Position numbers and translations under genes: made by a program. The notes beneath the pieces are model-generated. The model saw only the letters and a list, made by a program, of their open reading frames with translations. It ran no database searches and was not told where the DNA came from. Positions 9,132 to 18,337 of a DNA stretch of 64,000 bases are shown in pieces. Source of the DNA: Pseudoprimorskyibacter sp. (GTDB lineage: Bacteria; Pseudomonadota; Alphaproteobacteria; Rhodobacterales; Rhodobacteraceae); NCBI GenBank assembly GCA_029251265.1, contig JAQXDR010000070.1, positions 11,724 to 75,723 on the forward strand, read 5' to 3'. Position 1 is the stretch's first letter; every line of letters begins with the position of its first letter.

Positions 9132-11402
9132 TTACCTTGCAGAATTGCCCCGTCCTGTGACTGAGCCCAAATATTCCATGACCGAAGCGCGAACGGATTG
9201 CTCGCCCCGATTGCGTGCGTTGTCAATCACGGCTTTTACCTCGGTCAGATTGCTTCGCATCAAAATGTTTTTGACAGGCCCGATCGAGGCAGGTCGCATC
9301 GACAGCGACCGCAAGCCTATGGCGGTCAGGCATAACGCTTCAATTGGCCGACCTGCGTCTTCGCCACAAAAACTCAGGTGTGTTCCCGTTTCGCGACACC
9401 GAGAGATAATGTCTTCAATAAAGGTAAGAAAACTCACGTTTAGGGTGTCGTAGCGACGTCTCACGCGTTCATTTTCACGGTCTGCTGCAAAAAAGAACTG
9501 CTTTAGATCATTGCCCCCGATGGACAAAAACTCAACTTCTGAAAAAAACCGACGCGATGCAAAGGCCAGTGCAGGCGTTTCAAGCATTGACCCGGTTGTA
9601 ATATTCTCGGGTAATAAATGCCCTAATTTTTTCTCGCGTTCGATCGCCTTGTCCATCTCGGCAATTCCAGCTGCATATTCGGAATATTGAGCAACAAAAG
9701 GAAACATGACGGACAACGGCCGCCCCTTTGCCGCACGTAACAGAGCTTGCAGCTGCATGCGCATGACCCCTGGCTTGTCCAGCCCGACACGAATGGCACG
9801 CCACCCAAGTGCGGGATTGGGTTCGTCAGCCGGTTTCATGTAAGGCAGGACTTTGTCCGACCCAATATCCAACGTACGAAACACAACCCGCTTGTCGCCT
9901 GCCGCATCCATGACCCGCGAATAGATATCCACCAGTTCGGTTCGCTTGGGCATCTTATTGCGGATAAGGAATTGAAGCTCGGTTCGAAAAAGTCCTACGC
10001 CTTCTGCACCAGAGCTTGCAAGAGACGGCAAATCTGCCATTAGGCCTGCGTTCATGTGCAGCTCAATCCTTTCTCCACAAGGGGTTACACAGGCCCGATC
10101 CCGAATGGACGCATAGCGCTGCTGGGCTTGTGCCTGCATGGCTATCTTGTCACGAAAGGCGGTGACCACTGTTTCATCGGGCCGCAAATGGGCGATCCCC
10201 TGATCGCCATCAATCATGACGTGGTCGCCATTCAAGGCTTCGTTGGTGATATTGCCGGTGTTGATCACAAGAGGAATGGCCAAAGCGCGTGCCACAATAG
10301 CCGCATGACTGCCGACGGATCCCTCTTCTAAAATGACGCCGCGCAACTTGCGGCCATACTCCAGTAGATCACCCGGTCCGATGTTGCGTGCTACAAGGAC
10401 CGGATCGTCGGGCATTTCGGCCCCTGTCTCGCGCCCCTGTCCAGTCAGGATCCGAAGAAGTCTGTTGGATAAATCATCCAGATCCTGCAGCCTTTCGCGC
10501 AAGTATGTATCCGCAACTGATTTCAAACGGGCTTTTGCTGCGGATTGTTCTTTCTCAACAGCAGCTTCTGCAGATAGGCCGTTGCTTATGTCTTCCTCCA
10601 TGCGGCGCATCCAGCCTTTGGAATTGGCAAACATCCTGTAAGCTTCGAGGACCTCAATTTGTTCTGCATCCTGCGTGTCGGCCAAGAGTTGGTCGACGCT
10701 GACCCGCAGGTCGTCAACAGCAGCTTGCAAACGCGCCATTTCGGTTTCCGGGTCATCAGTGACAAAATGGGTTACAACAACGCGTGGTTCATGCAGCCAG
10801 ATATGACCCTCTGCTGTGCCTTCTTGTCCAACACTTCCACGGAACATCACAGGTTGTGTGTGACGGGCCTTCAGCGCGGCCCCTTCGCCCACAAATGCGC
10901 CCAGCTCGGTCATTTCGGCCAAGACCATAGCCACAACCTCAAGCGCGTAGATCTCGTCTTGGGTAAAATCGCGGCTGTCTCTTGTTTGCACGACCAACAC
11001 ACCCAGTTTTTCGCCCAAGCGCTGGATTGGGACACCCAGAAAACTGGAATAAATCTCTTCGCCCGTTTCTGGCATATAACGGAACCCGGGTTCTGCGGGG
11101 GCCACTGGTGTGCTGACGACTTTGCCGTAGCGGGCGACCTGACCTACCAAACCTTCGCCCAAGCGCATACGCGTTTCATGCACGGCCCCGGCATTCAGGC
11201 CTTCTGTTGCGCAAAGCTCCAGCGTTTCGTCATCGCGAAACAGATAGATAGAACACACTTCGGTGCCCATGCTGTCAGCAGTCAAGTGGGTTATCCGGTC
11301 AAGACGCGCTTGCCCGGCTGCCTCTACCGCCATGGTATCGCGCAGTCTGCCCAAAAGCTTTCGGCTTTCGCTTTCGCGCGTTCTTTCCCGCCTGTCCGAC
11401 AT
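9132..11402 (-). CDS. ptsP: PEP-protein phosphotransferase EI(Ntr)
   Basis: N-terminal GAF domain (VCSIYL...LELCATEGLN), phospho-His motif GSVGSHAAIVARA, GVGLFRTE, NPALGWRAIR. Confidence 0.96.
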   Translation of the reverse strand: MSDRRERTRESESRKLLGRLRDTMAVEAAGQARLDRITHLTADSMGTEVCSIYLFRDDETLELCATEGLNAGAVHETRMRLGEGLVGQVARYGKVVSTPVAPAEPGFRYMPETGEEIYSSFLGVPIQRLGEKLGVLVVQTRDSRDFTQDEIYALEVVAMVLAEMTELGAFVGEGAALKARHTQPVMFRGSVGQEGTAEGHIWLHEPRVVVTHFVTDDPETEMARLQAAVDDLRVSVDQLLADTQDAEQIEVLEAYRMFANSKGWMRRMEEDISNGLSAEAAVEKEQSAAKARLKSVADTYLRERLQDLDDLSNRLLRILTGQGRETGAEMPDDPVLVARNIGPGDLLEYGRKLRGVILEEGSVGSHAAIVARALAIPLVINTGNITNEALNGDHVMIDGDQGIAHLRPDETVVTAFRDKIAMQAQAQQRYASIRDRACVTPCGERIELHMNAGLMADLPSLASSGAEGVGLFRTELQFLIRNKMPKRTELVDIYSRVMDAAGDKRVVFRTLDIGSDKVLPYMKPADEPNPALGWRAIRVGLDKPGVMRMQLQALLRAAKGRPLSVMFPFVAQYSEYAAGIAEMDKAIEREKKLGHLLPENITTGSMLETPALAFASRRFFSEVEFLSIGGNDLKQFFFAADRENERVRRRYDTLNVSFLTFIEDIISRCRETGTHLSFCGEDAGRPIEALCLTAIGLRSLSMRPASIGPVKNILMRSNLTEVKAVIDNARNRGEQSVRASVMEYLGSVTGRGNSAR

Positions 11403-11702
11403 CGTCTTGGCGGCCTCCCTTTTGCTTGCACTCAGCTATAAGCCAAGTGCGACAAAAGGAAAACGGGAATACACTTTGGGATCGGTTGCAAGCTGCAATC
11501 AAACCAAAAAATAAGCGTATTTCCTAAATTGAGTGTAATTTTCCACCTTTTGAGACCGCTCTGACCTGTGCAACGGCAGCGATCGGGCGTCTGTTTGTGG
11601 AATCCGTTTTGCAAAAACCAGCGCTGAGCGGTACGCAATGGACCGCATTTCGTTTGCGCAGTGGTCAAAGTTGATGTCGCGGCCCACCGTTTGGCGAGTT
11701 TT

Positions 11703-12941
11703 TCAGCCGAGCTTTTCCAGCTCAAATGCGTCATGCAGCGATTGCACAGCCAGCTCCATATATTTGCGATCTACCAAAACGGAAATTTTGATTTCTGATG
11801 TGGCGATGACCTTAATGTTGATACCTTCATTCGACAGGGTTTCGAACATTTTGGCCGCAACGCCAGATTGACTGCGCATTCCGATCCCGACGGCCGATAT
11901 TTTTGCAACATCTGTGTCCGCGACCAACCCGCGAAAGTTCAGTTCTCCGCGATCTTTGGCAGCATTCAAAGCAGTTTCAGCTCGCAGAACCTGATCGGTT
12001 GGGCAGCTGAATGTCATGTCGGTACGACCATCATCGGCAATATTCTGGATAATCATATCCACATTTACGCTGGCCTCTGCCAAGGGGCCGAAAATTGCCG
12101 CTGCAATGCCCGGGCGATCTGCGACGGATACCAAAGTCATTTTGGCCTCGTCGCGGCTATAGGCGATACCAGATACGGGTCGATTTTCCATAACGTCCTC
12201 CTCGTCGCAGACCAGTGTGCCGGCCTCGTCGGATTGTTCTTCAAAGCTTGATAATACGCGCAATCGCACCTTGTAGCGCATTGCCAGTTCGACCGAGCGG
12301 GTCTGCAAAACCTTGGCACCAAGGCTGGCCAGCTCCAGCATTTCTTCAAATGCGATCCGATCCAGTTTGCGGGCTTTGTCTGCTATTCTTGGGTCAGTGG
12401 TGTAAATGCCGTCCACATCGGTGTAAATATCACAGCGTTCGGCGTTAAAAGCGGCAGCAAATGCAACCGCGGTTGTGTCCGACCCACCGCGGCCAAGCGT
12501 TGTGATCCGGCCCTCTGAACTCACACCCTGGAACCCGGCTACAACAGCAACGCGCATCCCCTCGTCGAATTTGCCAAGCAGATTGTCAGTCGGGATGGCT
12601 TCTATGCGGGCAGAGGCGTGGGCGGCGGTGGTCTGGACCGGGACTTGCCATCCTTGCCAACTGCGTGCGGGTACATCCATTTCCTGCAACGTCAATGCCA
12701 TCAGGCCTGCCGTTACGTTTTCGCCAGAGCTGACGACCGCGTCATATTCGCGGGCATCGTACAACGGGGATGTCTCGCCCACCCAATTTACCAGTTCGTT
12801 TGTTTTGCCAGACATCGCTGACACGATGACGATGACGTCATAGCCTTTGGCGACTTCGACCCCTACGCGTTTGGTGGCGCGTCTGATACGATCCAACGTG
12901 GCAACCGAAGTGCCGCCGAACTTCATCACAAGAATGGGCAT
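11703..12941 (-). CDS. lysC: Aspartate kinase
   Basis: VMKFGGTSV, TTLGRGGSDTTA, DVDGIYTTDPR, two C-terminal ACT domains. Confidence 0.97.
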   Translation of the reverse strand: MPILVMKFGGTSVATLDRIRRATKRVGVEVAKGYDVIVIVSAMSGKTNELVNWVGETSPLYDAREYDAVVSSGENVTAGLMALTLQEMDVPARSWQGWQVPVQTTAAHASARIEAIPTDNLLGKFDEGMRVAVVAGFQGVSSEGRITTLGRGGSDTTAVAFAAAFNAERCDIYTDVDGIYTTDPRIADKARKLDRIAFEEMLELASLGAKVLQTRSVELAMRYKVRLRVLSSFEEQSDEAGTLVCDEEDVMENRPVSGIAYSRDEAKMTLVSVADRPGIAAAIFGPLAEASVNVDMIIQNIADDGRTDMTFSCPTDQVLRAETALNAAKDRGELNFRGLVADTDVAKISAVGIGMRSQSGVAAKMFETLSNEGINIKVIATSEIKISVLVDRKYMELAVQSLHDAFELEKLG

Positions 12942-13033
12942 TGTACGTCCTGAATCCTTTTACCCCTGCTCTGGTCGAACTGGGAATATGATACCCAGCC
13001 TTCGGGTGCAAGGCGTGGGCGGCTCAGGTCCGT

Positions 13034-13678
13034 TTAGTAGACATGATCCCGACCATCCCAGGTTTGAAAACACCCAGTGTTCGCAAGCGACAGATTGTCG
13101 AACCTTTCAAGCAATCCCTGTGCTGACTGCGTGGCGTCTATATCAGCCGTGCCGCCGCCCATATCCGTCTGCACCCATCCCGGATGATAAACACCGACGG
13201 CGATGCCGAGACCAGACAAATCAGAGGCAAGGTTGCGCCCCAAATTCAAAACAGCTGCCTTGGAAGCCCTATAGATATAACTGCCGCCCGGTGCATTCGT
13301 ATGTGATGCCATCTGACTGCCGATGATTGCAATTTTGGCGGTGTCCGGTATTTGTAGATTTGGTAGTAGCGACTGAATCGTTAAAAAAACGCCGGTCACA
13401 TTCGCGGCAAAGGTTGCGGCCCAAAGATCGCTGCCATACCCGTCCGCGAGATTTTGCCCTTTATCAAGATAAATACCCGCATTGCACACAAGCAGATCGA
13501 GAGGCTGACTGTCCAATTTTGTAGCCAGATCAGATTGGCTTTCTGGATCTGTGACATCCAGCGCATAGCCGGCACTACCGTCACGGGACGTGCTGATAAC
13601 ATGATCCCCACGGCCCATCATCTGCGTCCGCATCGCGGCACCGATACCGCGATTCGCACCTGTAATAAGGACGTTCAT
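13034..13678 (-). CDS. Short-chain dehydrogenase/reductase (CsgA-like)
   Basis: Start re-assigned to ATG 13678 (MNVLITGANRGIG), overlapping the DUF1178 stop as TGATG; YRASK catalytic motif; HPGWVQTDMGG. Confidence 0.9.
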   Translation of the reverse strand: MNVLITGANRGIGAAMRTQMMGRGDHVISTSRDGSAGYALDVTDPESQSDLATKLDSQPLDLLVCNAGIYLDKGQNLADGYGSDLWAATFAANVTGVFLTIQSLLPNLQIPDTAKIAIIGSQMASHTNAPGGSYIYRASKAAVLNLGRNLASDLSGLGIAVGVYHPGWVQTDMGGGTADIDATQSAQGLLERFDNLSLANTGCFQTWDGRDHVY

Positions 13679-14091
13679 CAGTTCGCTTTCCGTGTTGGTG
13701 TAAATGGAAGAGCGGCGATCGGAATTCCGTCGTCGATCAACTTCTTGGCATCTTCTTGCTTGGCTTCGCCACGTATCCAACGTTCGGGGCTGGTCCCTTC
13801 ATGGATCGCGCGCGCCTCTTCGGCGAAACGTGTGCCGACGTCTTCGGAATTGGCTTCGACATGGGTGCGAATTTTTGCCAATGCGGCTTCGGATTCAGAC
13901 ACAGGTTGGCTTAGTGGGGCTGTGTCGCGTGTGCTGACTGATGGCGCCATCATCGCCTTTTCTACCTTGGTTTCACCACACACCGAACACACGACCAGTC
14001 CGGCAGCCTGCAACTTATCAAACGCCGCTGCGGACTTAAACCAGCTGTCAAAGCTATGACCTTTGGCACATTTCAGCGTAAATTGAATCAT
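13678..14091 (-). CDS. DUF1178 family protein
   Basis: MIQFTLKCAKGHSFDSWF...CSVCG...KAMMAP and VGTRFAEEARAIH motifs. Confidence 0.9.
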   Translation of the reverse strand: MIQFTLKCAKGHSFDSWFKSAAAFDKLQAAGLVVCSVCGETKVEKAMMAPSVSTRDTAPLSQPVSESEAALAKIRTHVEANSEDVGTRFAEEARAIHEGTSPERWIRGEAKQEDAKKLIDDGIPIAALPFTPTRKAN

Positions 14092-14303
14092 TTAGTCCCC
14101 ACAATCCGAACGCTCTGCATAGCCCTATTATCTGCGCAGCCTATGATTAATATCAAGACCCGCCATGTCGCAAGCCGCGCTTGGGTGACCCTTGTGAGAT
14201 CAAACCATCACCAGCTTAGCGTTTGCCTCCGTCTGAGGGGGGTGGCTAAGCTGTTAGCAACATCGCAGCGTGTCATGGTCTTTTCTGCATGATACGGGCG
14301 CTC

Positions 14304-14332
14304 TTGACCTGACGGCGCCACGACAGTAACCA
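14304..14332 (+). promoter_or_regulatory. Sigma70-type promoter for the SAM-II/metZ transcript
   Basis: TTGACC (14304-14309), 17 nt spacer, TAACCA (14327-14332), ending just before the riboswitch P1. Confidence 0.55.
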
Positions 14333-14335
14333 CCT

Positions 14336-14390
14336 CATGTGGCGATTTGTTACCGGATTGTGGGCCACGTTAAACATGCCGCTAAAAGGT
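14336..14390 (+). ncRNA. SAM-II (SAM_alpha) riboswitch
   Basis: AUGUGGC (14337-14343) pairs with GCCACGU (14364-14370); conserved GAUUUG after P1 and UAAA...GCUAAA 3' tail; upstream of metZ. Confidence 0.9.
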
Positions 14391-14398
14391 CAGCCGAA

Positions 14399-14433
14399 AG
14401 CCCCCTTTCGCTTGGCCGGAACGGGGTTTTTTT
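14399..14433 (+). terminator. Intrinsic terminator in the metZ leader (riboswitch expression platform)
   Basis: AGCCCC...GGGGT stem followed by a T run. Confidence 0.7.
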
Positions 14434-14462
14434 GTGGGCTGGAATGCCTTGGGAGATGGGAA

Positions 14463-15644
14463 ATGATCAAAAGGCACAAACGCACAAATCTGGTCCATGG
14501 TGGCACGCGGCGCAGCCAGTGGGGTGAATTGAGCGAAGCGATTTTTCTGACCCAGGGGTTCGCATATGACAGTGCCGAGGCCGCCGAGCAGCGGTTTATC
14601 GAGGCAGGGCCCGACGAATATATTTACGCACGTTACGGAAACCCCACGGTCGCAATGTTCGAAGAGCGTATCGCTCTGCTGGAAGGGGCCGAGGCCGGGT
14701 TTGCAACGGCATCTGGAATGGCTGCGGTAAACGGCGCGCTGATGTCTATGCTCAAAGCTGGAGACCACGTCGTTGCTGCGCGCGCCCTTTTCGGATCCTG
14801 CTTGTATATACTTGAAAATATTTTGCCGCAGTTTGGGGTAGAGGTCAGTTTTGTTGATGGGGCCGATTTGGATCAATGGCGCGCGGCCGTGCGGCCTGAT
14901 ACATCGGCAGTTTTCTTTGAGAGCATGTCTAATCCCACGCTTGAGCTGGTGGATATTGCGGCGGTTTCGCAGATCGCCCACGCGCATGATGCTGTGGTGA
15001 TTGTTGACAATGTCTTTTCCACGCCAATCTACAGCGATGCAATCGCGCAGGGTGCAGATGTGGTGGTGTATTCTGCAACCAAACATATTGATGGACAGGG
15101 ACGCGCCCTTGGGGGCGTGATTCTCGGAACCCAGACTCAGATACGAAAAGTGGTTGAACCCTACATGAAGCACACAGGTGGGGCGATGAGCCCCTTTACT
15201 GCGTGGCTTTTGCTTAAGGGATTAGAGACCATGGATCTGCGTGTACGCGCACAAACAGCAAGTGCGGGCCAGATTGCAGATGCCCTTGTTGGAACACCCG
15301 GTATCGCAAATGTGTGCTATCCAGGACGCGCCGATCATCCACAATATGAACTGGCCATGCGGCAGCTGGGGGCTGGTGGTACGGTAGTGTCATTTGCGCT
15401 TGAAAACGGCAAAAAGGCAGCTTTCGACTTTATGAACAAATTGGATATAATATTGATATCCAACAATTTGGGGGACGCTAAATCGATTGCGACGCATCCC
15501 GCCACCACAACGCATCAGCGTTTGAGTGCTGAGCAAAGAAACATTTTGGGAATCTGCGATGGATTGATCCGTTTATCCGTGGGCTTGGAAGACCCAGCAG
15601 ATTTGATTGAAGACCTGAAAACAGCTCTCTTGACTGCCGCTTAG
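14463..15644 (+). CDS. metZ: O-succinylhomoserine sulfhydrylase
   Basis: Start re-assigned to ATG 14463 (GGGAGA SD); YARYGNPT, ASGMAA, SATKHIDGQGR (PLP Lys), NNLGDAKS. Confidence 0.94.
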   Translation: MIKRHKRTNLVHGGTRRSQWGELSEAIFLTQGFAYDSAEAAEQRFIEAGPDEYIYARYGNPTVAMFEERIALLEGAEAGFATASGMAAVNGALMSMLKAGDHVVAARALFGSCLYILENILPQFGVEVSFVDGADLDQWRAAVRPDTSAVFFESMSNPTLELVDIAAVSQIAHAHDAVVIVDNVFSTPIYSDAIAQGADVVVYSATKHIDGQGRALGGVILGTQTQIRKVVEPYMKHTGGAMSPFTAWLLLKGLETMDLRVRAQTASAGQIADALVGTPGIANVCYPGRADHPQYELAMRQLGAGGTVVSFALENGKKAAFDFMNKLDIILISNNLGDAKSIATHPATTTHQRLSAEQRNILGICDGLIRLSVGLEDPADLIEDLKTALLTAA

Positions 15645-15747
15645 GTTGTTTTGAGAAATCGTCAAGGTTTGGCGCTGCAACTATTAAATTGGCAATTTGC
15701 GTGAGAGTGCCTAGTTTATTCAGGTGTCGGACGAGAGGGCACCAAAC

Positions 15748-16842
15748 ATGAACCGTTATACGCCGAATATACAAAGCGCTCCAAACCAGGATGAAGTCCG
15801 GGAGGCCTTGGATGTGCTAAAGACTTGGGCGCGCACCGCGCACGATGATGAAATTGCTGCAATGGATCCGGGGCTCGCTGGCATGCTGGATCCGGCGAAG
15901 GCCTACCCGGAGCTAGCACGCGATTACCCTGAGAGTTTCAGTGTGGATCCAGCGTACAAATCGAGCCTGCCTGATTTGCAAAATGGTCCGGCCTCTTTGA
16001 TCCGTGGCGCCAACCGCCCAATCCAACATGTCGGGATCTCAAACTTCCGCCTTCCATTGCGGTATCACACCCGTGACAACGGCGATCTGACGCTTGAAAC
16101 CAGTGTGACGGGAACAGTTAGTCTTGATGCGGACAAAAAAGGCATCAACATGTCGCGGATCATGCGGTCCTTCTATCGGCATGCGGATGAACAATTCAGC
16201 TTTGAGGTCATCGAGGCAACGTTGGATGATTACAAGGCTGATCTGGAAAGTCTGGACGCCCGGATCGGCTTGCGGTTTTCTTTTCCGGTAAAGGTGAACA
16301 GCCTTCGCTCGGGTTTGGCCGGATATCAATACTACGATATCATGCTGGAATTGTTTGAGCGCGAGGGCGTCCGATATCAGATCATGCATCTTGATTACGT
16401 CTATAGCTCGACCTGCCCCTGTTCGCTGGAGCTATCAGAACATGCCCGCAGGACGCGGGGGCAGTTGGCGACGCCCCATTCCCAGCGGTCGGTCGCGCGG
16501 TTGTCGGTCCAAGTGTTGCATGGTGAAACGCTGTGGTTCGAAGATTTGATCGACATTTGTCGCACCGCCGTTCCGACCGAGACACAGGTGATGGTCAAAC
16601 GAGAAGACGAACAAGCCTTTGCCGAGCTGAATGCCGCTAACCCGATCTTTGTCGAAGATGCCGCGCGTCTGTTCGCATCGGGTCTGGAAAAAGACGCGCG
16701 GATCGGTGATTTTCGTGTGGTGGCCAGCCATCAGGAAAGCCTTCACAGCCATGATGCGGTGTCGGTGCTGACCCAAGGCGATACTTTTGCAGCAGACAGC
16801 ATTGATCCGCGTGGCTTTGCGTCTTTGATACACGTCGGCTAA
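15748..16842 (+). CDS. folE2: GTP cyclohydrolase IB (FolE2)
   Basis: KGINMSRI, SSTCPCS, TPHSQRS, VKREDEQ, FVEDAAR, ESLHSHDA; start probably ATG 15748. Confidence 0.94.
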   Translation: MNRYTPNIQSAPNQDEVREALDVLKTWARTAHDDEIAAMDPGLAGMLDPAKAYPELARDYPESFSVDPAYKSSLPDLQNGPASLIRGANRPIQHVGISNFRLPLRYHTRDNGDLTLETSVTGTVSLDADKKGINMSRIMRSFYRHADEQFSFEVIEATLDDYKADLESLDARIGLRFSFPVKVNSLRSGLAGYQYYDIMLELFEREGVRYQIMHLDYVYSSTCPCSLELSEHARRTRGQLATPHSQRSVARLSVQVLHGETLWFEDLIDICRTAVPTETQVMVKREDEQAFAELNAANPIFVEDAARLFASGLEKDARIGDFRVVASHQESLHSHDAVSVLTQGDTFAADSIDPRGFASLIHVG

Positions 16843-16888
16843 CGACGGCTGCTTGACACCGACGGAGCATGCGGCCAACCCTTTGGTT

Positions 16889-18334
16889 ATGTTTGACGTA
16901 CGTCCAGTTGGGTATGTGATAGGGTGGATGGTGATTGCGCTTGGCGTCGCCATGCTCCCGCCGTTTTTAGTCGACTTTTTCAATGACAACAGTCCTTGGG
17001 TCTTTTTGGAAAGCGCAGCCGTTACCATTTTGATCGGGGGGTTTACTGTTTTGGCAACAGCGAACGGTGTCACCTCTCGGCTGTCCATCCAGCAGACCTT
17101 TTTGCTGACGACAGGTGTCTGGGTTGTTTTACCAGTTTTTGGAGCTGTTCCGTTCGTGCTCGGCGCGACCGATTCATCCTATACCGATGGTTTTTTCGAG
17201 GCCATGTCCGGATTGACCACAACAGGGTCGACCGTCTTTTCCGGTTTGGATCAACTGCCTCAGGGCCTGCTTCTCTGGCGCGGCTTGCTTCAATGGATTG
17301 GAGGTATCGGAATCATCGTGGTTGCCATGGTGTTCCTGCCTGAATTACGGGTTGGTGGCATGCAGGTCTTCAGAACAGAAGGCTTTGACACCATGGGTAA
17401 AATTTTGCCACGGGCCACGCAAATCTCGTCTTCTATCTCCTCAATATACCTAGGACTGACGCTGGCTTGTATGCTTGCATACGGTCTTACAGGGATGTCG
17501 TGGTTCGAGGCGACAGTCCATGCTTTGACCACAGTATCAACTGGGGGGTTTGGAACATCGGATACATCGTTTGCGACCTATTCAGGTGCCACACAATATG
17601 TGGCTGTCGTTTTTATGATCCTCGCCGCTTTGCCTTTTGTACGCTATGTCCAGATGATAGCAGGGGACAGGCTCGCGATCACACGAGACGCGCAATCAAG
17701 GGCTTTTGTAATCACCATTTTAGTATTGGTCGCGCTTGCATCATTGGCACTTTGGAACACTTTGGACCACGGCGTTGAACAAGCGTTTCGTGAATCACTT
17801 TTTAACATCACCTCCATTATTTCAGGCACTGGCTATGCAAGCGCTGATTACATGGCGTGGGGACCGTTTCTGGTGGCTGTGTTCTTTTTTATCGGTTTGA
17901 TCGGGGGATGCGCGGGGTCTACTGCGTGTTCGGTCAAGATTTTTCGATATCAAATCCTGTTTGCATCTGTGAAGCTTCAATTGCAGCGCATTCGCTCGCC
18001 TCATGGTGTCTTTGTGCCACGCTTCGAAGGCCGACGGATCGGCGAAGATGTCTTATCCTCGGTCATGTCATTTTTTGTCTTTTTTGTTGTAACCTTGGGT
18101 TTGTTCACTGTTGCACTGGCGCTGACGGGGCTGGATTTCATAACATCGCTCAGTGGCGCTGCTGCGGCATTGGGAAATATTGGTCCTGGGCTTGGTGATG
18201 AAATCGGTCCTTCGGGAAATTTTGGTGGTTTGAATGATACTGCAAAGTGGCTTTTGTCAGCAGCTATGTTATTGGGGCGGCTAGAGCTTTTGGCTGTTTT
18301 TGCCATTTTCACGATCAAATTTTGGAGAGACTAG
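16889..18334 (+). CDS. trkH: Trk potassium uptake membrane protein
   Basis: FEAMSGLTTTGS, STGGF, GNIGPGLG and LLGRLE pore motifs; start probably ATG 16889. Confidence 0.93.
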   Translation: MFDVRPVGYVIGWMVIALGVAMLPPFLVDFFNDNSPWVFLESAAVTILIGGFTVLATANGVTSRLSIQQTFLLTTGVWVVLPVFGAVPFVLGATDSSYTDGFFEAMSGLTTTGSTVFSGLDQLPQGLLLWRGLLQWIGGIGIIVVAMVFLPELRVGGMQVFRTEGFDTMGKILPRATQISSSISSIYLGLTLACMLAYGLTGMSWFEATVHALTTVSTGGFGTSDTSFATYSGATQYVAVVFMILAALPFVRYVQMIAGDRLAITRDAQSRAFVITILVLVALASLALWNTLDHGVEQAFRESLFNITSIISGTGYASADYMAWGPFLVAVFFFIGLIGGCAGSTACSVKIFRYQILFASVKLQLQRIRSPHGVFVPRFEGRRIGEDVLSSVMSFFVFFVVTLGLFTVALALTGLDFITSLSGAAAALGNIGPGLGDEIGPSGNFGGLNDTAKWLLSAAMLLGRLELLAVFAIFTIKFWRD

Positions 18335-18337
18335 ATC

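Noticed and set aside
11403..11702. sRNA or small gene in the 300-nt lysC-ptsP gap
   Set aside because: No strong terminator, conserved motif or credible ORF visible by eye; the same applies to the mutM-ubiE gap (55502-55880)
14160..14215. Possible remnant of a nitrilase C-terminus (DLTRVTQAR, minus strand) upstream of DUF1178
   Set aside because: Only about 10 residues of resemblance with no further support; may be chance
14337..14462. N-terminal extension of MetZ in the ORF track (similar extensions for dnaA, mutM, accA, rpoH2, argD and the epimerase)
   Set aside because: The extensions overlap riboswitch or promoter sequence; family-typical N-termini and SD sites point to the downstream starts
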